DNA of 64,000 nt from Minisyncoccota bacterium. GTDB taxonomy: Bacteria > Patescibacteriota > Minisyncoccia > Phycocordibacterales > UBA9973. Made by a program: the position numbers and the translations under genes. The notes beneath the pieces were generated by a model. The model was given only the letters and a program-made list of their open reading frames with translations, was not told the DNA's origin and did not search any database. The stretch lies in the NCBI GenBank assembly GCA_041650615.1, contig JBAZKU010000001.1, positions 386,360 to 450,359 of the forward strand. Reading direction: 5' to 3'. Below are positions 26,561 to 37,004 of the stretch, piece by piece. The stretch's first letter is position 1, and each line of letters opens with the position of its first letter.

Positions 26561-27751
26561 TTAACCCAGAATTTTTGTAACCACCCCTGCGCCAACAGTC
26601 TTACCTCCTTCACGAATAGCAAATTTTTGCGTTTCCTCAAGTGCAACTGGAGTAACTAGTTTAACTGTAATCTTTACTGTGTCTCCAGGCATAACCATTT
26701 CTACTCCTTCAGCCAAAGTAACATCACCGGTAACATCCGTTGTACGAATATAGAATTGAGGTTTATAACCTTTAAAAAATGGAGTATGACGTCCACCTTC
26801 TTCTTTTTTCAAAACATATATCTCGCAGGTAAAATGATCATGAGGAGTAACCGTACCCGGTTTTGCAAGAACTTGTCCGCGAGTAACATCTTCCTTCTTG
26901 AGTCCGCGAAGCAAAACTCCGGCATTATCTCCAGCCATACCTTCTTTAAGACTTTTGTTGAACATTTCAATACCGGTAACAACAGACTTTTGAGTAGGCT
27001 TGATTCCGACGATTTCTATTTCCTCGTCAACTTTTATTACTCCCCTTTCAATTTTTCCGGTAACAACCGTACCACGACCTTCAATGGAAAAGATATCTTC
27101 AACTGGCATAAGGAAAGGTTTGGATGTATCTCGCACTGGAATTGGAATATAAGTATCAAGAGCGTTGGTAAGTTCAAGAATCTTTTTTGCCCATTCATCG
27201 TCAAGAGATTTTGATTCAAGAGCCTTAAGAGCTGAACCTCTAATTATCGGGCAATCTTTGTCAAAACCTTGTTTAACGAGAAGTTCACGAATTTCTTCCT
27301 CTACCAAATCAATCATTTCTTTATCATCAACCATATCACACTTGTTTAAGAAAACGATTATTTTTGGCACACCCACTTGTTTTGCAAGCAGAACATGTTC
27401 GCGAGTCTGAGGCATAGCGCCATCACTTGCCGCAACTACCAAAATAGCACCGTCCATTTGAGCGGCACCAGTAATCATATTCTTAATGTAGTCAGCGTGT
27501 CCGGGAGCATCAATGTGCGCATAGTGACGGGCATCTGTAGCATATTCATTGTGGGAAATATTAATAGTGATTCCACGAGCTTTTTCTTCCGGAGCATTAT
27601 CAATCTGATCAACGCCACGAAGTCTGACTGTTTTACCAGCCATATTAAGCACATGTAATATTGCCGCAGTTAAAGTAGTTTTTCCATGGTCAACGTGACC
27701 GATGGTGCCAACATTTATATGCGGTTTATCTCTTTTAAATTCTTCTGCCAT
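26561..27751 (-). CDS. tuf: elongation factor Tu
   Basis: [21 protein letters not shown]. Confidence 0.99.
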   Translation of the reverse strand: MAEEFKRDKPHINVGTIGHVDHGKTTLTAAILHVLNMAGKTVRLRGVDQIDNAPEEKARGITINISHNEYATDARHYAHIDAPGHADYIKNMITGAAQMDGAILVVAASDGAMPQTREHVLLAKQVGVPKIIVFLNKCDMVDDKEMIDLVEEEIRELLVKQGFDKDCPIIRGSALKALESKSLDDEWAKKILELTNALDTYIPIPVRDTSKPFLMPVEDIFSIEGRGTVVTGKIERGVIKVDEEIEIVGIKPTQKSVVTGIEMFNKSLKEGMAGDNAGVLLRGLKKEDVTRGQVLAKPGTVTPHDHFTCEIYVLKKEEGGRHTPFFKGYKPQFYIRTTDVTGDVTLAEGVEMVMPGDTVKITVKLVTPVALEETQKFAIREGGKTVGAGVVTKILG

Positions 27752-27874
27752 ATTCTTATGATTAATGGTTAAAACTTAACATACGAGAACCAGTTGCTAA
27801 GGCTTAATCACTAATAAAATTAAACTAATAATAAAAAATGCAATAGAAAAACTGCAAAAGTGCAGTTGTTAGTA

Positions 27875-27902
27875 TAGTAGCAAATTGATAAAAAATGTCA
27901 AA
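27875..27902 (-). promoter_or_regulatory. sigma70-type promoter for tuf/S10 cluster
   Basis: Minus strand TTGACA...TGCTACTAT. Confidence 0.6.
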
Positions 27903-27917
27903 TCCCCTAAAACTACA

Positions 27918-27946
27918 AAACCCCTGGCAATATTACCAGGGGGTTT
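27918..27946 (-). terminator. intrinsic terminator
   Basis: AAACCCCTGGCAA...TTACCAGGGGGTTT. Confidence 0.65.
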
Positions 27947-27959
27947 CTTTTGTTTATTC

Positions 27960-28814
27960 TCAACCAACTACCGTACTCTCGTAAGGATTATCAAAATTAT
28001 TAATCCTGAAAGTTTTCTTGTATTCCATCAAAAGATTAAGACCTTTTGAAGACAGCAGAGATTTCTCACTCTTCTTTTCTATCTCCATAAATTTTTCAAG
28101 GGATATTCTTTCTGGGTTTCCATCAACCCCCCTCTTTTTCCAGAAATTTAATTCGGTCCCAAGTATTATGCTCAACAAAATAGCAGTATAATCACTACCC
28201 TCTCTACCGATAGTAGAAAGAAGTCCGTTAACACTTTTTCCAATGAAACCTTGAGTAATAATTAACCGGTTCTCTTGAATTAAATTTCCAGTAAAAATAC
28301 TTTTTATTCCCTGTTCTGTTTCTGAAAAAAGTACTTCCGCATCAATAGAATTTTCACTCGTAACCATAAAATCACGAGCGTCTACCAATTTGTTTTTCAA
28401 ACCTTTACAGTCAAGATAACAGTTAACAATCACTGAGCTTGCCAATTCCCCTAATGGAACAATTTTCCCGTAAATGGAATCGTATGGTTTATTCTTATAT
28501 TTATCAATATCAAATATAAAAAGCTTACCGATTTCATTGGAAATTTCACGATAATACTCTACGGAGAAAAGTTCTCTTACAATATTCATGTGGAAATCAT
28601 ATACTTCATGCCAAGCCTTTTTTGCCTCTAACTGTTTACCTTCATAAAGACACAGTGCCAAAAACTCCAGCATATTTGTTACCTTATCCATAGCAGAGAC
28701 AACAACTATTGTTGGTTCTTTCATGTACTGTTGGACTCGAGAAAGAAAGGTTTTAATAGAAAGAACATCTCTTATTGATGCCCCTCCGACTTTAACGACG
28801 ACGTTGACTTCCAT
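27960..28814 (-). CDS. aspartokinase-like amino-acid kinase domain, no ACT domains
   Basis: KVGGAS, VVVSAMDKVTNML, GELASS, TQGFIG, TIGREGSDYTA; nucleotide-binding half degenerate (WKKRGV). Confidence 0.8.
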   Translation of the reverse strand: MEVNVVVKVGGASIRDVLSIKTFLSRVQQYMKEPTIVVVSAMDKVTNMLEFLALCLYEGKQLEAKKAWHEVYDFHMNIVRELFSVEYYREISNEIGKLFIFDIDKYKNKPYDSIYGKIVPLGELASSVIVNCYLDCKGLKNKLVDARDFMVTSENSIDAEVLFSETEQGIKSIFTGNLIQENRLIITQGFIGKSVNGLLSTIGREGSDYTAILLSIILGTELNFWKKRGVDGNPERISLEKFMEIEKKSEKSLLSSKGLNLLMEYKKTFRINNFDNPYESTVVG

Positions 28815-28900
28815 AAGAAGTTTCCTTTCAATAAGTTTATATCAAAAAACAGCTTTTTCTGTATTCTAACAACAAAATTCCTTTTATCAAATATGTAAAT

Positions 28901-29248
28901 TTACCTTAAAGGGTTCTCAACCTCCATTAGAGTAAATCTCGCCATTATTTCAAATTCATGCGCTTTTCTGAGAGAATCTTCTTGTTCTAGGTCATTATTC
29001 TTTTTCTTTTGAAATTCTCTAACAACCTCTAATAATCCTAGAGTCCTCAAACGTTTCATAACTTCGGGAGTATCTAATTCTAAATATTTATCCTGTCTTT
29101 CCGGCGGATGAGGACCATTGTAATCGCCTAAATCCGTTAGTATTTTACGATATAAATCTTTCTTTTCTTCTAAAGATAATTCCAGTGGAATTTTTCTCTT
29201 TTCACCAACTCCTATTTCAGGAGAATTATTTAATTCATCAAAACTCAT
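28901..29248 (-). CDS. hypothetical protein
   Basis: 115-aa ORF co-oriented directly after fusA; no motif recognised. Confidence 0.6.
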   Translation of the reverse strand: MSFDELNNSPEIGVGEKRKIPLELSLEEKKDLYRKILTDLGDYNGPHPPERQDKYLELDTPEVMKRLRTLGLLEVVREFQKKKNNDLEQEDSLRKAHEFEIMARFTLMEVENPLR

Positions 29249-29265
29249 AGAGTAATTATAAACCT

Positions 29266-31416
29266 TTATTTTCTCGCTGCAATAATAGTTTCTGCCACAT
29301 TGTTCGGAACAATGTCATATCGCAAGAATTCCATCGTAAATGATGCTCGTCCTTCGGTCATAGAACGAAGTCCAGTCATGTATCCGAACATTTCAGAAAG
29401 AGGCACAACTGCGCGGAGCGTTTTGTTCATTCCCCTGTCTTCCATTCCTTCTATAATTCCACGCTTGGAAGAAATATTGCCGGTGATATCTCCCATGAAT
29501 TTTTCCGGAGTAACAACTTCCACTTTCATCATTGGTTCCAAAATCACCGGCTTTGCGCTTCGGCAAGCATCTTGCACCGCCATAGAAGCGGCAATTTTGA
29601 AAGCCATTTCATTTGAGTCAACTTCATGATAACTTCCATCCCAGAGCTCTACGGAAACATTTACCATTTTAAATCCGGCAAGCACTCCGCGGTCTAAACC
29701 TTCTCTAAAACCTTTCTCGCAAGGCGCAATATATTCTTGCGGAATGACCCCTCCTTTAATGGTATTAATGAACTCAAATCCATTTGCTCTTTTTGTATTT
29801 TTAGGCAAATCTTCTATTTCTTCTTTGGAAAGCGGAACCATAGGTTTAACTTTGATTTTAACGTGACCATAGTTTCCTCGTCCGCCAGATTGCTTGATGT
29901 ATTTACCCTCCGCTTCTGAAGTTCCCGTAATTGTCTCACGATAAGCCACTTGCGGTTTCCCAACATTAGCCTCAACGGTAAATTCCCTTTTCATGCGATC
30001 TACAATAATTTCAAGATGTAATTCTCCCATACCGGCAATAATCGTCTCTCCCGTTTCTTGGTCGGTAGAAACCTTAAAGGTAGGATCTTCTTGCGCCAAA
30101 CGATTAAGCGCCATCCCCATTTTTTCCTGGTCGGCTTTTGTTTTCGGTTCAATACGTAATTGAATAACCGGTTCAGGGAAAATTATTCTATCCAGTTCAA
30201 TAGGATGTTCTTCCTCGCAAATAGTATCGGAAGTAATGGTATCTTTCAGTCCCACTGCTGCCGCAATCTCTCCGGCAAAAACTTTTTTTACTTCTTCACG
30301 ATCATTGGCATGCATACGCAATATTCTGCCGATACGTTCTTTGTTTCTGGTTCTAGGATTATAGACATAAGAGCCGGCAACCAAAGTTCCGGAGTAAACT
30401 CTGAAGAAAATAAGCTGTCCGACGAAAGGATCTGTTGCCACTTTAAAAGCGAGAGCGGAAAAAGGTTCTGTATCCGAAGCGTGTCTAAAAATAATTTCAT
30501 CATTATTATCCGGATCTGTTCCTTCCACGGGAGGAATATCCAGAGGAGAAGGAAGATAATCCACCACACCATCAAGCACCAACTGGACACCTTTATTTTT
30601 CAGAGCAGACCCAGCGTAAACCGGAAAAATTTCGTTGGTTATAACCCCTTTTCTCAAAAGTCTTTTCAGGGTATCCATATCCGGACTTTTTCCTTCCAAG
30701 TAATCATTCATCACTGCATCATCTTGTTCTACAATTTTTTCAATAAGTTCATGATGATATTTTTCTGCTTCTGGTTTTAAATTTTCTGGAATTTCTTTTT
30801 CAACTACCCTATTTCCCATTTCTCCTTCAAAATAAAAAGCTTTCATGGCAAGTAAATCCACTACTCCTTCGTGTTTTTCTTCCAGTCCAATAGGTATTTG
30901 CATACGAACAGCTTTTTTAGTCAGACGGTCTAAGATTGTGGCAAAAGAATGTTCAAAAGAGGCACCAGTTCTGTCTAATTTGTTAATAAAACAAATACGA
31001 GGAACCTTAGCTTCATCCGCATAACGCCAATTCGTTTCTGATTGAGGTTCTACTCCTGCCACTCCATCAAAAACAACCACAGCCCCGTCCAACACACGGA
31101 GAGATCTTTTTACTTCAGCTGTAAAATCAATATGCCCGGGCGTATCAATAATATTAAAACGATGCTTTTTATTTTTATCACCCTTAGCATAGATTGGAGT
31201 CCAAAAACATGTAACAGCTGCAGAGGTGATAGTGATGCCTCGTTCTCTTTCTTGTTCCATCCAATCGGTTACAGTTTCACCATCATGCACTTCTCCTATT
31301 TTATGAGACATTCCAGTATAAAAAAGTACGCGTTCTGTCGTGGTTGTTTTCCCCGCATCAATATGCGCGATAATTCCAATATTTCTAACCTTTTCCAGTG
31401 GGTAATCTCGTTCCAT
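29266..31416 (-). CDS. fusA: elongation factor G
   Basis: [25 protein letters not shown]. Confidence 0.99.
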   Translation of the reverse strand: MERDYPLEKVRNIGIIAHIDAGKTTTTERVLFYTGMSHKIGEVHDGETVTDWMEQERERGITITSAAVTCFWTPIYAKGDKNKKHRFNIIDTPGHIDFTAEVKRSLRVLDGAVVVFDGVAGVEPQSETNWRYADEAKVPRICFINKLDRTGASFEHSFATILDRLTKKAVRMQIPIGLEEKHEGVVDLLAMKAFYFEGEMGNRVVEKEIPENLKPEAEKYHHELIEKIVEQDDAVMNDYLEGKSPDMDTLKRLLRKGVITNEIFPVYAGSALKNKGVQLVLDGVVDYLPSPLDIPPVEGTDPDNNDEIIFRHASDTEPFSALAFKVATDPFVGQLIFFRVYSGTLVAGSYVYNPRTRNKERIGRILRMHANDREEVKKVFAGEIAAAVGLKDTITSDTICEEEHPIELDRIIFPEPVIQLRIEPKTKADQEKMGMALNRLAQEDPTFKVSTDQETGETIIAGMGELHLEIIVDRMKREFTVEANVGKPQVAYRETITGTSEAEGKYIKQSGGRGNYGHVKIKVKPMVPLSKEEIEDLPKNTKRANGFEFINTIKGGVIPQEYIAPCEKGFREGLDRGVLAGFKMVNVSVELWDGSYHEVDSNEMAFKIAASMAVQDACRSAKPVILEPMMKVEVVTPEKFMGDITGNISSKRGIIEGMEDRGMNKTLRAVVPLSEMFGYMTGLRSMTEGRASFTMEFLRYDIVPNNVAETIIAARK

Positions 31417-31425
31417 ATATTTAAA

Positions 31426-31896
31426 TTACCAGGCAAAATGAGCAAAAGCTTTGTTGGCTTCAGCCATTTTATGAATATCTTCTTTCTTTTTAATAGCCGA
31501 GCCTTCATTTTTAGAAGCGGCAATCAATTCGTCGGCAAGTTTTAAATGCATCGGACGTCCTTTGTTTTTACGAGCAGCATCACGAATCCATCGCATAGCT
31601 AGAGCAAGACGGCGTTCCGGTCGGACTTCTCTCGGCACTTGATAGTTTGCCCCTCCGATACGCTTAGAACGTACTTCGGTCAGAGGACCGGCATTTTTCA
31701 TAGCTAAATCAAAAATTTCAAGAGGATTTGGATTACCTGTTTTTTCCTTTATTATATCAAAAGCTTGATACATTACTTTTCTGGCAGTTTCTTTTTTACC
31801 ATTCCACATAATGTAATTGATGAATTTCTCCAATTTTTGAGAATTGTAAATAAAATCCGGCTTGACTATATTTCTGTTGTTTATTTTACGTCGCAT
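31426..31896 (-). CDS. rpsG: 30S ribosomal protein S7
   Basis: RIGGANYQVP, HKMAEANKAFAH. Confidence 0.99.
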   Translation of the reverse strand: MRRKINNRNIVKPDFIYNSQKLEKFINYIMWNGKKETARKVMYQAFDIIKEKTGNPNPLEIFDLAMKNAGPLTEVRSKRIGGANYQVPREVRPERRLALAMRWIRDAARKNKGRPMHLKLADELIAASKNEGSAIKKKEDIHKMAEANKAFAHFAW

Positions 31897-31902
31897 AATT
31901 TT

Positions 31903-32325
31903 TTATTTTTTTACTTCTTTTGGTCGTTTATTACCATAAAGAGACCTGCCTTGTCTGCGTTTTTCAACTCCTTGCGTATCTAAAACTCCGCGTACGATAT
32001 GATATCTAACTCCAATTAAATCTTTCACGCGTCCTCCGCGAAGCATTACTACAGAGTGTTCCTGTAAATTATGTCCTTCTCCTGGAATGTAAGCCGTAAC
32101 TTCCATACCATTAGTTAGACGCACTCTGGCAATCTTTCGAAGAGCTGAGTTTGGTTTTTTGGGAGTAGTGGTTGAAACTTTAGTGCAAACACCGCGCTTG
32201 AAAGGAGCCGGAAAAAAGACTGGTCTATTTTTCAAAACGTTAAATCCTCGCGCCAAAGCTACCGTTTTTGATTTCGGGTGAGCTTTTACTCTTTTTCTTT
32301 TAATTAATTGATTGATTGTAGGCAT
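31903..32325 (-). CDS. rpsL: 30S ribosomal protein S12
   Basis: [24 protein letters not shown]. Confidence 0.99.
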   Translation of the reverse strand: MPTINQLIKRKRVKAHPKSKTVALARGFNVLKNRPVFFPAPFKRGVCTKVSTTTPKKPNSALRKIARVRLTNGMEVTAYIPGEGHNLQEHSVVMLRGGRVKDLIGVRYHIVRGVLDTQGVEKRRQGRSLYGNKRPKEVKK

Positions 32326-32398
32326 CCCAGTACTAAAATTTTATTAATAACCTTTATTTTTATGACCTGTACCCAAAAATTTAGTACGGGACAGGTAT
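32326..32398. mobile_element. palindromic element abutting rpsL ATG (CCCAGTACTAAAATTT family)
   Basis: CCCAGTACTAAAATTT...AAATTTAGTACGGG-ACAGGTAT; near-identical arms at rplK. Confidence 0.75.
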
Positions 32399-32449
32399 CT
32401 AAATAAAATAGCCCCATAGGACTACGGAAATAATATACTATTTAAAGAG

Positions 32450-33061
32450 TTAAAATGCAAGACCGGTAATTAAATGAAATAAAAAGGTTAAGATTGGATA
32501 TAAAAAGTTAGCAAAAAGGACGATAAAGATAACAATTAAAAAAAGCGAGTATTGTTCAAAAAAAGAAATGGCTTTAAAAAAGGAATTCGGCAGAAGAGAA
32601 AAAAGTATTTTAGAACCATCTAGGGGTGGAATAGGCACTAGATTAAAAATTGCCAATCCTAAATTTATTAGAACAATTGAGGAGATTACGGAAATAAAAT
32701 TAACCGAGACTGCGCTATTGATGGAAAAACGAAGAATAAGGCCAAAGAAAATAGCCATGGAAAGATTTGCCAAAATTCCCGCCGAAGCGACGGCGATAGT
32801 TCCCCATTTTCTATTAGTAAGATTATTCGGATTATATGGCACTGGTTTGGCCCAACCGAATAAAAAAGAAGAATGAGTTAAAATAAGAAATGCCGGTAAA
32901 ATAATAGAACCAAAAATATCCAAATGCTTAAGAGGATTCAGGGTGAGACGTCCAGCATAAAGAGCTGTTTTATCGCCAAAACGCAAAGCAATAAAACCAT
33001 GAGAAACTTCATGGATCACGACAGACATTATAAGTATAACAATAAAAAAGATTGTATCCAT
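32450..33061 (-). CDS. site-2 protease (M50 family)
   Basis: HEVSH, NLVPIPPLDGS. Confidence 0.95.
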   Translation of the reverse strand: MDTIFFIVILIMSVVIHEVSHGFIALRFGDKTALYAGRLTLNPLKHLDIFGSIILPAFLILTHSSFLFGWAKPVPYNPNNLTNRKWGTIAVASAGILANLSMAIFFGLILRFSINSAVSVNFISVISSIVLINLGLAIFNLVPIPPLDGSKILFSLLPNSFFKAISFFEQYSLFLIVIFIVLFANFLYPILTFLFHLITGLAF

Positions 33062-33117
33062 ATGAATCTAAAAGTTGCGAACCCGTTCTTTCTATGATAG
33101 CATACTAGAACTACAAT

Positions 33118-33360
33118 ATGAAAACATGCGCAATATCAAAAAAGGGTCCGATAATTGGTGGCGGGTATTCAAATAGAACTCGTGCTACTAAATTCAACCC
33201 GACCGGCAGAGTCCGAAAATATCCAAATCTTCAAAAGAGGAAAATTTTTGTGCCTGAATTAAATAAAACTGTAAATATAGAAGTTTCTACTCGTGGCATG
33301 CGCACCATCAAAAAAAACGGCATCTATAAAACTCTCAAAAAAACTGGGTTGGTGAAATAA
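33118..33360 (+). CDS. rpmB: 50S ribosomal protein L28
   Basis: C.I..K, RKYPNLQ, VSTRGMRTI. Confidence 0.93.
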   Translation: MKTCAISKKGPIIGGGYSNRTRATKFNPTGRVRKYPNLQKRKIFVPELNKTVNIEVSTRGMRTIKKNGIYKTLKKTGLVK

Positions 33361-33367
33361 AAATGAA

Positions 33368-33408
33368 AAAGCCCCTTGAGAAAGCTTAAGGCTTTCCCAG
33401 GGGGCTTT
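33368..33408. terminator. long hairpin, probable bidirectional terminator
   Basis: AAAGCCCCTTGAGAAAGC...GCTTTCCCAGGGGGCTTT. Confidence 0.65.
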
Positions 33409-33568
33409 AATTTCCCTCAAAAATACGTTCTTCTCTTCCTTCTTCTCCTCCTCCTTCTTGATCCAAAAGAACTATGGGGGTAATCTCAGAATTACTAACT
33501 TTCTTTTCTTCTGAAGTTCTTTCTTCAATATCGGAAGAAGGACATAGTACTTTTATATTTTTACCCAT
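33407..33568 (-). CDS. putative 53-aa acidic small protein
   Basis: MGKNIKVLCPSSDIEERTSEEKK...GGGEEGREERIFEGN*; purine-rich AAGGGAAG upstream; fills the gap after the helicase. Confidence 0.35.
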   Translation of the reverse strand: MGKNIKVLCPSSDIEERTSEEKKVSNSEITPIVLLDQEGGGEEGREERIFEGN

Positions 33569-33631
33569 GATCTTGCTTCCCTTTCAAATAATGAACAGCC
33601 AATGGATTTCGCTAGGAAGTATACGACAATT

Positions 33632-34849
33632 CTACACAAATGTCAATGCTATCCCTTTTTTGCCAGAACGGCCGGTGCGGCCGATGCGGTGCACATAGGT
33701 ATCGTAAGTTTGTGGAACATCATAGTTGATAACGTGTGTGACATCTGGAATGTCCAGTCCTCGAGCAGCGACATCGGTCGCTATTAAAATGTTGATATGG
33801 TCTTTTTTAAATAAATCCAAGGTGCGAATACGTTCGCGGCTTCTTTTATCGCCGTGAATACAGCCCACTTTAAATCCCAAGCGAGAAAGGTCTTTGGTGA
33901 GAGAATCCACGCTATGTTTCATTTCTCGAAAAATTAAAACTTTATCTGAACCTTCTCTTTTTAAGACTTCGTGCAGTTTATCAAGTTTTTCTTCTTTGCT
34001 TCTAGTGCGAATAATATCTTGGTCAATATTTTTGGCTGTTTCTCCGGAGATTACGGAGATAAAAACAGGGTCTTTGAGAAATTCTGTGGTTAATTTTTTT
34101 ACTTCCGCAGAAAGTGTCGCCGAAAAGAAAAGAGTTTGACGTTTTTCTTTAGGAACTTTTCCAAGTATGAAAACCATATCATCACGAAAGCCCATATCCA
34201 GCATTCTGTCTGCTTCATCCAGCACCACACTGTGGCATGTAGATAAATCTAATACTTTTCTATTTATCAAATCTTTTATGCGTCCCGGCGTACCAATAAT
34301 AAACGATACTCCTCTTTTTATTTCTGTAATCTGTCTCATTATCGGTAATCCCCCGACACAAGCCACGGAAAAAATTCCCAAACCAAAAGCCAGCGCGCGA
34401 AAATCGGATTCTATCTGCATGGCAAGCTCTCTGGTTGGAGCCATAATTAATACTTTTTCATTTTTTCTTTGTCCTTTAGTTTTAACAATTTTTTCTATTA
34501 AAGGAAGCATGAATGCTGCAGTTTTACCTGTGCCGGTATTGGCCATACCAAAAACATCTTTCCCTTCTAAAACAAAGAAAATAGCCTGGTCTTGAATTGG
34601 TCTTGGATTTATAAATCCAGCTCTGGCAATATTTTTATGAATTTGCGGATTAAAAGGAAAGTCTATAAAGGTATGCTTTGAAACATAAGGTTTTTCTTCA
34701 ATTTGTTGCCCTTTTTTAATAAAGCGAGAAAAATCTATGTGCTCAGAAAAACCTCTCTTTTTAGGACGATTATTATTTTTAAAATTCTTTTTAGAATTAA
34801 ATTTTGGACACCCAAATTTCTTCGGACCGGATAGTCGATGTGTATACAT
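33632..34849 (-). CDS. DEAD-box RNA helicase
   Basis: ANTGTGKT, PTRELA, DEAD, SAT, HRIGRTGR. Confidence 0.97.
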   Translation of the reverse strand: MYTHRLSGPKKFGCPKFNSKKNFKNNNRPKKRGFSEHIDFSRFIKKGQQIEEKPYVSKHTFIDFPFNPQIHKNIARAGFINPRPIQDQAIFFVLEGKDVFGMANTGTGKTAAFMLPLIEKIVKTKGQRKNEKVLIMAPTRELAMQIESDFRALAFGLGIFSVACVGGLPIMRQITEIKRGVSFIIGTPGRIKDLINRKVLDLSTCHSVVLDEADRMLDMGFRDDMVFILGKVPKEKRQTLFFSATLSAEVKKLTTEFLKDPVFISVISGETAKNIDQDIIRTRSKEEKLDKLHEVLKREGSDKVLIFREMKHSVDSLTKDLSRLGFKVGCIHGDKRSRERIRTLDLFKKDHINILIATDVAARGLDIPDVTHVINYDVPQTYDTYVHRIGRTGRSGKKGIALTFV

Positions 34850-34918
34850 AATGGGTCACTCCCAATATGTAATATAGTCGAGAATGATGTTTAAAGAATA
34901 GCATTTCTACTATATTTT

Positions 34919-34999
34919 GTCAACCCGGTAGTGAGACTTTACGACGCATCTTTGGATGCAGTGCTTCGCACATCGTAAAGTTCTACTAACCGGGTCAAC
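34919..34999. mobile_element. hairpin element with GTCAAC direct repeats
   Basis: GTCAAC-CCGGTAGTGAGACTTTACGA...TCGTAAAGTTCTACTAACCGG-GTCAAC. Confidence 0.7.
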
Positions 35000-35043
35000 T
35001 TTTTTTAGTTTCGTTTATTTTTAAAACCCGCTATAATGTCTCT

Positions 35044-35916
35044 ATGAGAGCTTACCTAGACATTGTAAAAAATGTTTTGGAAAACGGAGAGAAAAAAACC
35101 GATCGTACTGGGACAGGTACTTTGGCTATAGCCGGAGCAATTTTTAAACATGATATGAAAAATGGTTTTCCATTGTTAACTACCAAAAAAACTCCTTTCC
35201 GTTTAATCGCTTCCGAATTGGAGTTTTTTATTAAGGGAATTACCGATAAAAAATGGTTACAAGACAGGAATAATCATATTTGGGATGAATGGTGTACCCC
35301 CCTAAAAATTCCTTACGCTCATGATGAAGAAACAAAAAAGAAAATGTTGGCTGAAAGAGATTTGGGTGCAATTTATGGTTGGGAATGGCGACATTTTGGC
35401 GCTGAATATAAGGACTATCAAACAGATTACACAGGACAAGGAATTGACCAACTGAAACGGATGGTAGAAATGTTAAAAACAAAACCAGACAGTAGACAAA
35501 TGCTGGTACTAGCTTGGAATCCGTTGGATATTGAAAAAGCGGTTCCACCATATTGTCATTATGCCTTCCAAGTAACAGTTATTAATAATCGTCTGAATTT
35601 ATTTTGGAATCAGCGTAGCGTAGATGTGGCTCTTGGTTTGCCTTTTAATATTGCCAGCTATGCAACTCTTTTACATTTACTCGCCCTGGAAACCGGACTG
35701 GAAGAAGGAATGCTTATTGGTTTTTTGGCTGATACGCATATTTATCTTAATCACATTGATGGTTTAAAAGAACAGCTTACTCGAGATCCAAAAAAATATA
35801 AATTGCCACAAATCAAGACAAATAATTTCAAATCTATTTTTGATTGGCAATATACGGATTCAGAAATTATAAATTATGAAAGTTATCCTAGGATTCCATT
35901 TGAAATAGCAGTATAA
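35044..35916 (+). CDS. thyA: thymidylate synthase
   Basis: DRTGTGT, PLLTTK, PYCH, QRSVD, PFNIASY, HIYLNH. Confidence 0.98.
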   Translation: MRAYLDIVKNVLENGEKKTDRTGTGTLAIAGAIFKHDMKNGFPLLTTKKTPFRLIASELEFFIKGITDKKWLQDRNNHIWDEWCTPLKIPYAHDEETKKKMLAERDLGAIYGWEWRHFGAEYKDYQTDYTGQGIDQLKRMVEMLKTKPDSRQMLVLAWNPLDIEKAVPPYCHYAFQVTVINNRLNLFWNQRSVDVALGLPFNIASYATLLHLLALETGLEEGMLIGFLADTHIYLNHIDGLKEQLTRDPKKYKLPQIKTNNFKSIFDWQYTDSEIINYESYPRIPFEIAV

Positions 35917-35949
35917 CCCCGAACTAGAGCAAGCTCAGTACGGGGCAGG
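35917..35949. repeat. tailed hairpin repeat
   Basis: CCCCGAACTAGAGCAAGCTCAGTACGGGG-CAGG; relative at 62721. Confidence 0.65.
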
Positions 35950-35958
35950 AAAAATTTT

Positions 35959-36465
35959 ATGAGCATATCAATCATTGTCGCCATTGGTAAAAATAATGAA
36001 ATTGGAAAAAAGAACGGACTTCTTTGGAATTTGCCCGCGGATATGAAACATTTTAGAGAAAAGACATCCCTGCACACAGTGATAATGGGTCAAAAAACTT
36101 TTGAATCCCTTAAACGTCCACTCCCGAACCGCAGAAATATCGTTCTGACGCTAGATAATTTATTTAAATCAGAAGGAGTTGAAATTGTGCATTCAGTAAA
36201 TGATCTTTTTTATCTATTGGACAAAACTTCGGACCAAAACGATGAAAATTTTGTAATCGGCGGAGGACAAATATATAAATTATTTATGGATAGGGCTGAC
36301 AAACTTTATATCACGCATGTGGATGCGGAGTTCCCCGATGCTGACACGTTTTTCCCTCTTATAGACCCGAGTATCTGGCAAAAAACAAAAAGTGAAAAAC
36401 GCCCGAAGGACGCTTTAAATCAATACGATTTGGAATTTGTAGAATATATTAAGAAACTTTCTTAA
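35959..36465 (+). CDS. folA: dihydrofolate reductase
   Basis: LWNLPADMKHF, IMGQKTFES, RPLPNR, VIGGGQIY. Confidence 0.97.
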   Translation: MSISIIVAIGKNNEIGKKNGLLWNLPADMKHFREKTSLHTVIMGQKTFESLKRPLPNRRNIVLTLDNLFKSEGVEIVHSVNDLFYLLDKTSDQNDENFVIGGGQIYKLFMDRADKLYITHVDAEFPDADTFFPLIDPSIWQKTKSEKRPKDALNQYDLEFVEYIKKLS

Positions 36466-37000
36466 TTATTTCGTCTAATTGCTTATATAGATCCTCTTTT
36501 GTTCCCTCGTTTATAATAGCAAAATCAGCGCGAGCTATGGGTCCTGCCTGGTGGAGATTTTCTATTTGAGCATAATCTCTGGATATAACGTCTTCTCTTT
36601 TAAGAGGGCGCAGTGGACGATTGCAAAGTCTTTCTATTCTTTTTTCTGGGGAAGCAAATACTGTTAATACTTTAAATATATTTCCAAATTCTTTTTTCAT
36701 CTCTAGATATTCTTCCCAAGAGTAGAGACTTTCAACAAAAACACTGGATTTTTCATATAATTCTTTAACTTTTGGGATGCTTAAAATCGCATAAGCCCCC
36801 ATCCCTAATCTTGCTCTAATTTCTTCTCTGGTTTTTCTCTCATTTGCTTCATTTACTTCTAACCCAATCTTTTTCATTTCATCAAAGGTGATGTCGCCAA
36901 AATAAAATTTTGGCCAGCCGGTTTTTTTCATTAGATACTCGACGATTTCGGTTTTACCAGCTCCTGGCAACCCAACTATCGCTAAAATTATTTTAGACAT
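36449..37000 (-). CDS. NMP/dephospho-CoA kinase-like P-loop protein (UPF0200-like)
   Basis: VGLPGAGKT, RD..Q, ADFAIINEG. Confidence 0.75.
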   Translation of the reverse strand: MSKIILAIVGLPGAGKTEIVEYLMKKTGWPKFYFGDITFDEMKKIGLEVNEANERKTREEIRARLGMGAYAILSIPKVKELYEKSSVFVESLYSWEEYLEMKKEFGNIFKVLTVFASPEKRIERLCNRPLRPLKREDVISRDYAQIENLHQAGPIARADFAIINEGTKEDLYKQLDEIIKKVS

Positions 37001-37004
37001 AAGT

